A stretch of DNA of 56,796 nt from Chiloscyllium plagiosum. Taxonomy: Eukaryota. The DNA lies in NCBI RefSeq assembly GCF_004010195.1, contig NC_057711.1, positions 77,784,925 through 77,841,720 of the forward strand. The letters run 5' to 3'. Below the pieces are notes generated by a model. It was not told the DNA's origin. It did not search any database and was given only the letters and a program-made list of their open reading frames with translations. Position 1 is the stretch's first letter. Every line of letters begins with the position of its first letter. The translations under genes were made by a program, and so were the position numbers. Below, piece after piece: positions 52,162 to 56,796 of this stretch.

Positions 52162-52880
52162 TGAATTTATTAGAATTTAAAATTTATTGTCATATGTAAT
52201 TTTTACAAGAAAAAATACAATGAAAAGTGTTCTAAATTGCCCTACCATGGTGCCTATATTTATGACAGAAGTCATGATAAAATGATATCTTACACAAGGT
52301 AAATATAAGACAATGTTCATCAAGATCCACTTAAAGGCTCCTTGTCTTGAGGAAATCCAATCAAGAGACGATAGAACAACATTCTGGACGAGAATGACAC
52401 GACAGGACAAAGACCGAAATGCTAGGACGCTACTCATCATACCAAAAGCATCTGAAGAAAAACCACTGCCAGGAACACCATTTAAAATGCTGAGCTGTCA
52501 GATCATTGGGCCAGTGCAAGACCGCACCCATGGATAAAACAACCTGCCGACACATAAGAATACCGAGCTGAAAGATTAAGATTGAGCTGGACTGCTCTGA
52601 AAATGGGACAAACCATCCCATCAGTGACCAGTCCGCAGGCTGAGACCAACACACTGGAAAAAAATGCCATTTTGGACCGCCGGAAGCAACCACCGCTGAG
52701 AAGAAGCTCACAGCTGAAGCTTGTAAATTAAGCTATGATGAATTTGATATCTTTACTAATTGATCAACATTAAAAACAGAAAAAGAAAAGTAGTAAAGGC
52801 AAACTGAGTAGATAAGCAATGGGCTTCTGGGGGTGAGGAATCTGTGCACTATGCTGCTACTACGTGGCTATCTTTGATAC
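52162..52880 (-). mobile_element. Probable non-autonomous Rex1-tailed retroelement inserted antisense into the Rex1 3' UTR
   Basis: Its minus-strand 3' end ACTTTTCATTGTATT..TGACAATAAATT resembles the Rex1 tail at 52899-52940. No credible ORF. Confidence 0.45.
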
Positions 52881-53336
52881 TTGTAGCGCACAAAATAATA
52901 CTTTTCATTGTATCTCTGCAGAATTGACAAAAATAAATCAGAGCAAACGAGTTACTCATCCTAGTGTGTTATGTCATTGCTTTGAAACATGAGCATTCTT
53001 TGTCTGTCTAATGTAAATCCAAACTGCGGCTGCTGCTTAAACATAACAAGCTCTGAAAATTCTGTACAGTGTATTTTGTGAATGGTCATCTCTTAACTTA
53101 GGAAACTTGGATCATGACCCCTGACCCACCCATGACCCGAAGTATCGCTAGGTCTAAAGTTCAGATTCCAGTGCATCAGCTCTAAGGTTAACTTGCTTGA
53201 GATACAGATTCTTGCTGCAAAAGTGATTGCTGTGGATCAGGCAGGTGTTCACTTGGACTTTCACAACAGCTGCAGTATAGAGCCTGGCGTGCCATCTTTA
53301 ATGTGTTCTATCTAGCTAATTAAGTTTAGAAATAGG

Positions 53337-53500
53337 AGAGAACAGTCTTGGTTATCTGAACATAGATTATCCGAACAAGATCTCAAGGTCCTGATGCTTG
53401 GGTAAACTGTGTTATCCGAACATTCGATTATCCGAACATGTGATTATCTGAACAAAATGCTCCCTGCCCATGTGGTTTGGATAATCGAGGCTGCCCTGTA
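53337..53500. mobile_element. MITE-like DNA transposon remnant (Tc1/pogo/Tigger-like)
   Basis: Degenerate TIRs (..TCTTGGTTATCTGAAC / GTTTGGATAATCGAGGCTGCCCTG-TA) and about five internal TTATC(C/T)GAAC repeats. Confidence 0.6.
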
Positions 53501-54409
53501 ACAGTTCCTGATTATTAAGTATTTAAAATGTTAAGCTTTGTATTTAATCTTATAATCTCCCCCATATCAGTTCAACTACTGACCTGCTTACAGAAGAAAT
53601 CTTGAAGCTCAGCTATCTGCTTACCTAACAATGCTTCTGAGTTTCTGAATTGAACTTCACCTGCTAGTATCAAGCTCCTTCTCTGACCGTTTTTTGATAA
53701 ATTATCAGGAGAGCACCTCCTCCCTCAGTGATGAATGTCTCATCTGTTTTCAAACTGTATTCATTCACAAGCTGCTATCTTCGTGCTTGCATATTTTGTG
53801 CACTTAGTGTATGCTAGATGAGATTCTATGAAGGTGAGTTAGCACTGTTGGCTTGAGAATGCAGTTCAATGAAGTGTTAGGTAGGTTCACGAACACTGTC
53901 CCCTAATTTAGGCAGGTGACCATTCACAAATCTCAGGAATTTTCAGATAGCTTATTAAGTTCAATTAACAATGATTTAGATATACATTAGTTAATCAGAC
54001 AAAAAAAGTACGACCCATGACATTTGAGGATAGTTGACTGATACTGGAGAATGAACAGGCAGTTGGTATGGAATGTATCAACCCCATTAAAGTTGTGAAG
54101 ACAGCATCCTGCTGTTTGGCTGATATGATGGGATCTCTTACCTCCATTTCTTTTTTCATGTGAAGAAGACAGCTCCCTGCTGAGGACTGCTCCTACAAGG
54201 CATGCCTTCTGCCTCAGCACTTGTTGATAAATCCTGTTCTCTGGGGCTGGTAATCTCTGTGATGTGTCTAAATTGTTTTTAACCAGTGAGCACAGGACAG
54301 CTCCTCACGATGTCAGAATAACTTTCTCCACTTGCATTGTAAGATCTGTTTTCTGTTTCTATTTTACCTATGGACAGATTTTTGTATCTGCTAAACAACT
54401 TGTGTCATG

Positions 54410-54599
54410 AGCTGAAAATGTGTTGCTGGAAAAGCGCAGCAGGTCAGGCAGCATCCAGGGAACAGGAGAATCGATGTTTTGGGCATAAGCCCCGAAACGT
54501 CGATTCTCCTGTTCCCTGAATGCTGCCTGACCTGCTGCGCTTTTCCAGCAACACATTTTCAGCTCTGATCTCCAGCATCTGCAGACCTCACTTTCTCCT
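54410..54599 (+). mobile_element. Fold-back Penelope-like pLTR insertion with 16-bp TSD (same subfamily as 13127)
   Basis: Arms centred on GGGC-ATAA-GCCC with an unpaired tail. CAACTTGTGTCATGAG at 54396-54411 and 54600-54615. Confidence 0.9.
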
Positions 54600-56216
54600 C
54601 AACTTGTGTCATGAGGCATTGTGGGCATTAGTGGCCTGGTAATCTTCACAACTATTATCTTTAATTTGCCTTTTGTCTGTGTTTAAGAAATTGTTTGGGA
54701 AGGGAAGTAACTGCGATAGCAGCTATTACAGAAGGTCTCGTACTCCACAGGCAATACAAAAAAAATCAGTTTAAAGGGGACCTCAATTTCTAAAGCTATT
54801 TCATAAACTGACTGTAGTTGCCTTTCCAGGAGTCTATTCCTGCCTAAGATGCAAAGAAGGTTAACTTCAATAAATTCATAGTTAAGCCCAAACTAGTCTA
54901 AAGTTTAGAAAGAGATTAATTCTTGAAATTATTTCATTCACCAGATTGCCTACCCTCACCGTTTCAAGCTGCATTCAGCAACAAATTACTATTATCATGC
55001 TTTCATATTTCTAATATCTTCTGAATTTTGCACTGGTACAATTGATTATGGCAGATTTTGCTTTTTAAATAAAAAATCCATACAACCCAATGGAAACCCC
55101 ATACCCAGAAATCTGTCTCTAGTTCGTGCACTTTGCATTTGTTTGGCTTTGATTTGCCTGAATTAAACTTTATGTGAGTACATAATATATTCAATATAAA
55201 AAATCACTTTGTTTTCGCAGATGAAGGGACAGCAGCTATCAATACCAATTCCCAGTGTTCAGAAAAATCCTCATGGGCAGAAGTTTCTGTGGGAAGGGTT
55301 ATTGGTCAGTCATTGGCATAGCTAGCAGAAAACCCATTCCTTCCAATTAGAGATACCACACAGCTATTTCATGCTCCATAGCCTAATTTGAATCAAGAAT
55401 TCCAGTAACACACTGGAAGGTATAGTCACCAGGAGTCTAATTTCTCTTGAGATTTTTGCCAGAGTATATCTTTTACTTTTCACGATGACTCCTTGAGTTT
55501 AAGTTTTGCACTCTGGTTGTAACGTTACCTTCTGTATTTATATTGATATATTTGGTATTTATACTCCTACAGAAACAGAATTAAAATAATTCAGCAGTAT
55601 TCTCAACCATCACCACCTCATTAAACTTAAAGCCACAACTCTCAAGGGCCATATTAATTTCCTACTTGAAATATTTAAATTGACAGATAATGACAGGAAA
55701 TATAAGTTGGCTTTTTAAAATTACTGTGAAATTCCATCACCAAAGCCCCGATTTTCATTGTCTGGTGAGATCACTTCTAAATGGAGTGTGTCTGTATCAA
55801 ACACAGGCATTGCACCTCAAGTAATTCGCAGAAAGTGAGATGTTTGAGATGGCTATTTCCCATACAGTGTAGACTTCTGAACCACATTTATTAAGCTTGA
55901 TTATAGAGTTCAGAACCACCATCTGGCACTTGGTACAATGTGAGACAGCAATTGCTTATCTACTTACAATTCATGGAGAAGCTATCACCTTGGACTGAAA
56001 GAAGGTGTTAAGACACGTGATCATATGAGTTGGAATTGAATTACTTTTCAACTAGTATTTAAGAAAATATTACTGAAAGTATTAAACAATATGAAATCGA
56101 TTTTTGTTTTTGTGAACTTACTAGTTTTATTTTTATGTTGCATTAAAAGATTTCGTTATTAAGAATTACTTGATATCCTCCGAAATGCTCAAGTTGTTTG
56201 TTTTATTTTCATTTAG

Positions 56217-56382
56217 GTGAACTTTTCATCTTTGGATGTTTATTTACACAGTGAAGCTCTGCTAAGCTCCATTCATTTCCTAATGAACCTTATCCCACAA
56301 TCAGAAACCAAGGTCAGTTCAGACGAACAGGCTCCTGAAATTGAGGAGAAGAAAGACGAACTCCTCACAAAGAAGAAGACAT
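56217..56382 (+). CDS. VPS13A: VPS13A coding exon (VNFSSLDVYLHSEALL...TKKKT)
   Basis: atttag| acceptor and T|gtaaga donor. 166 bp, phase 0 to 1. Confidence 0.92.
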
Positions 56383-56710
56383 GTAAGAAATATTCAGCTT
56401 CTGCTTTAATTTGCTTTCTATAATATCTTTACCTTTTTTTTCTAAACTCTCTTTTGTATCTGAGGTGATAATTCATATTCCAGTTTCTCATGATCTTCCA
56501 TTGGCGTTGCTGGAAAAAAAAGTACGTTTTTGTCTTGTGATCATCAGGACTTTTGCAAGGATATCAATCTAACGAGATAGTAACATTTTATACTGTTTGA
56601 GAAGAGAACACATTTAGGCTGCAAAGAACCGGACCTTCTATATTCGGATATCTAGCTTCCGATGCGTGCAAATGCATAATATTGTGAGGCTGACGGGCAA
56701 CTTCAAATTG

Positions 56711-56796
56711 TCTCTGTGTCTCAGTCTCTCTTTTTCTCTCTTTCTCTCCTCTCTCTCTCTCTCCTTCACCTCCCTCTCTCCTCTCTCTCTCTCTCT
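56711..56796. repeat. (CT)n-rich microsatellite
   Basis: Imperfect CT run extending to the window end. Confidence 0.9.

Larger units (their letters stand above)
9156..56382 (+). other. VPS13A: VPS13A (chorein) gene, internal portion with 12 coding exons; gene extends beyond both window edges
   Basis: Twelve AG/GT-bounded exons splice in matching phases into one ORF resembling VPS13A as I recall it (PLEIVYDA|RTVNGLVDFFRPP..KLEEFRDKTATG|LMYIIETQK..EFYDAPSSP..VNFSSLDVYLH). From memory this is roughly human exons 18-29. Confidence 0.93.

Noticed and set aside
53350..53490. Repeated TTATCCGAAC units resembling a CRISPR array
   Set aside because: Repeats are ~10 bp and irregularly spaced, lie within TIR-like ends in vertebrate DNA, and have no cas genes nearby. 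A MITE explains them.
9156..56382. Assignment to VPS13C instead of VPS13A
   Set aside because: Peptides such as VDFFRPP, KLEEFRDKTATG, SIPKP and LKCPE, and the exon sizes, fit my recollection of VPS13A better. A reciprocal BLAST would confirm.

Overview
Vertebrate genomic DNA, almost certainly from a shark, judged from HE1-type SINEs and CR1/HER1, Penelope, Rex1 and Tx1 repeats. There is a 610-N gap at 59-668. The only host gene I can support is an internal stretch of VPS13A (chorein) on the + strand: 12 GT-AG exons between 9156 and 56382 that splice in consistent phase into one open frame, including the FFAT-motif exon. The introns are dominated by decayed and nested retroelements. The most interesting signal is a set of Penelope-like insertions from at least three subfamilies. 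Their ends carry a minimal type I hammerhead ribozyme motif with compensatory changes between subfamilies. Several copies share one fold-back architecture: TSD, a tail-less inverted arm starting at a fixed site, a variable apex, a sense arm, a ~30-35-nt tail, TSD. Apexes and 5' ends cluster at the ribozyme. One copy is a perfect 155-bp inverted repeat whose arms share private mutations. Most ORFs in the supplied track are retroelement fragments or noise. Repeat boundaries are approximate unless a TSD is given, and family names come from motif recognition, not database searches.
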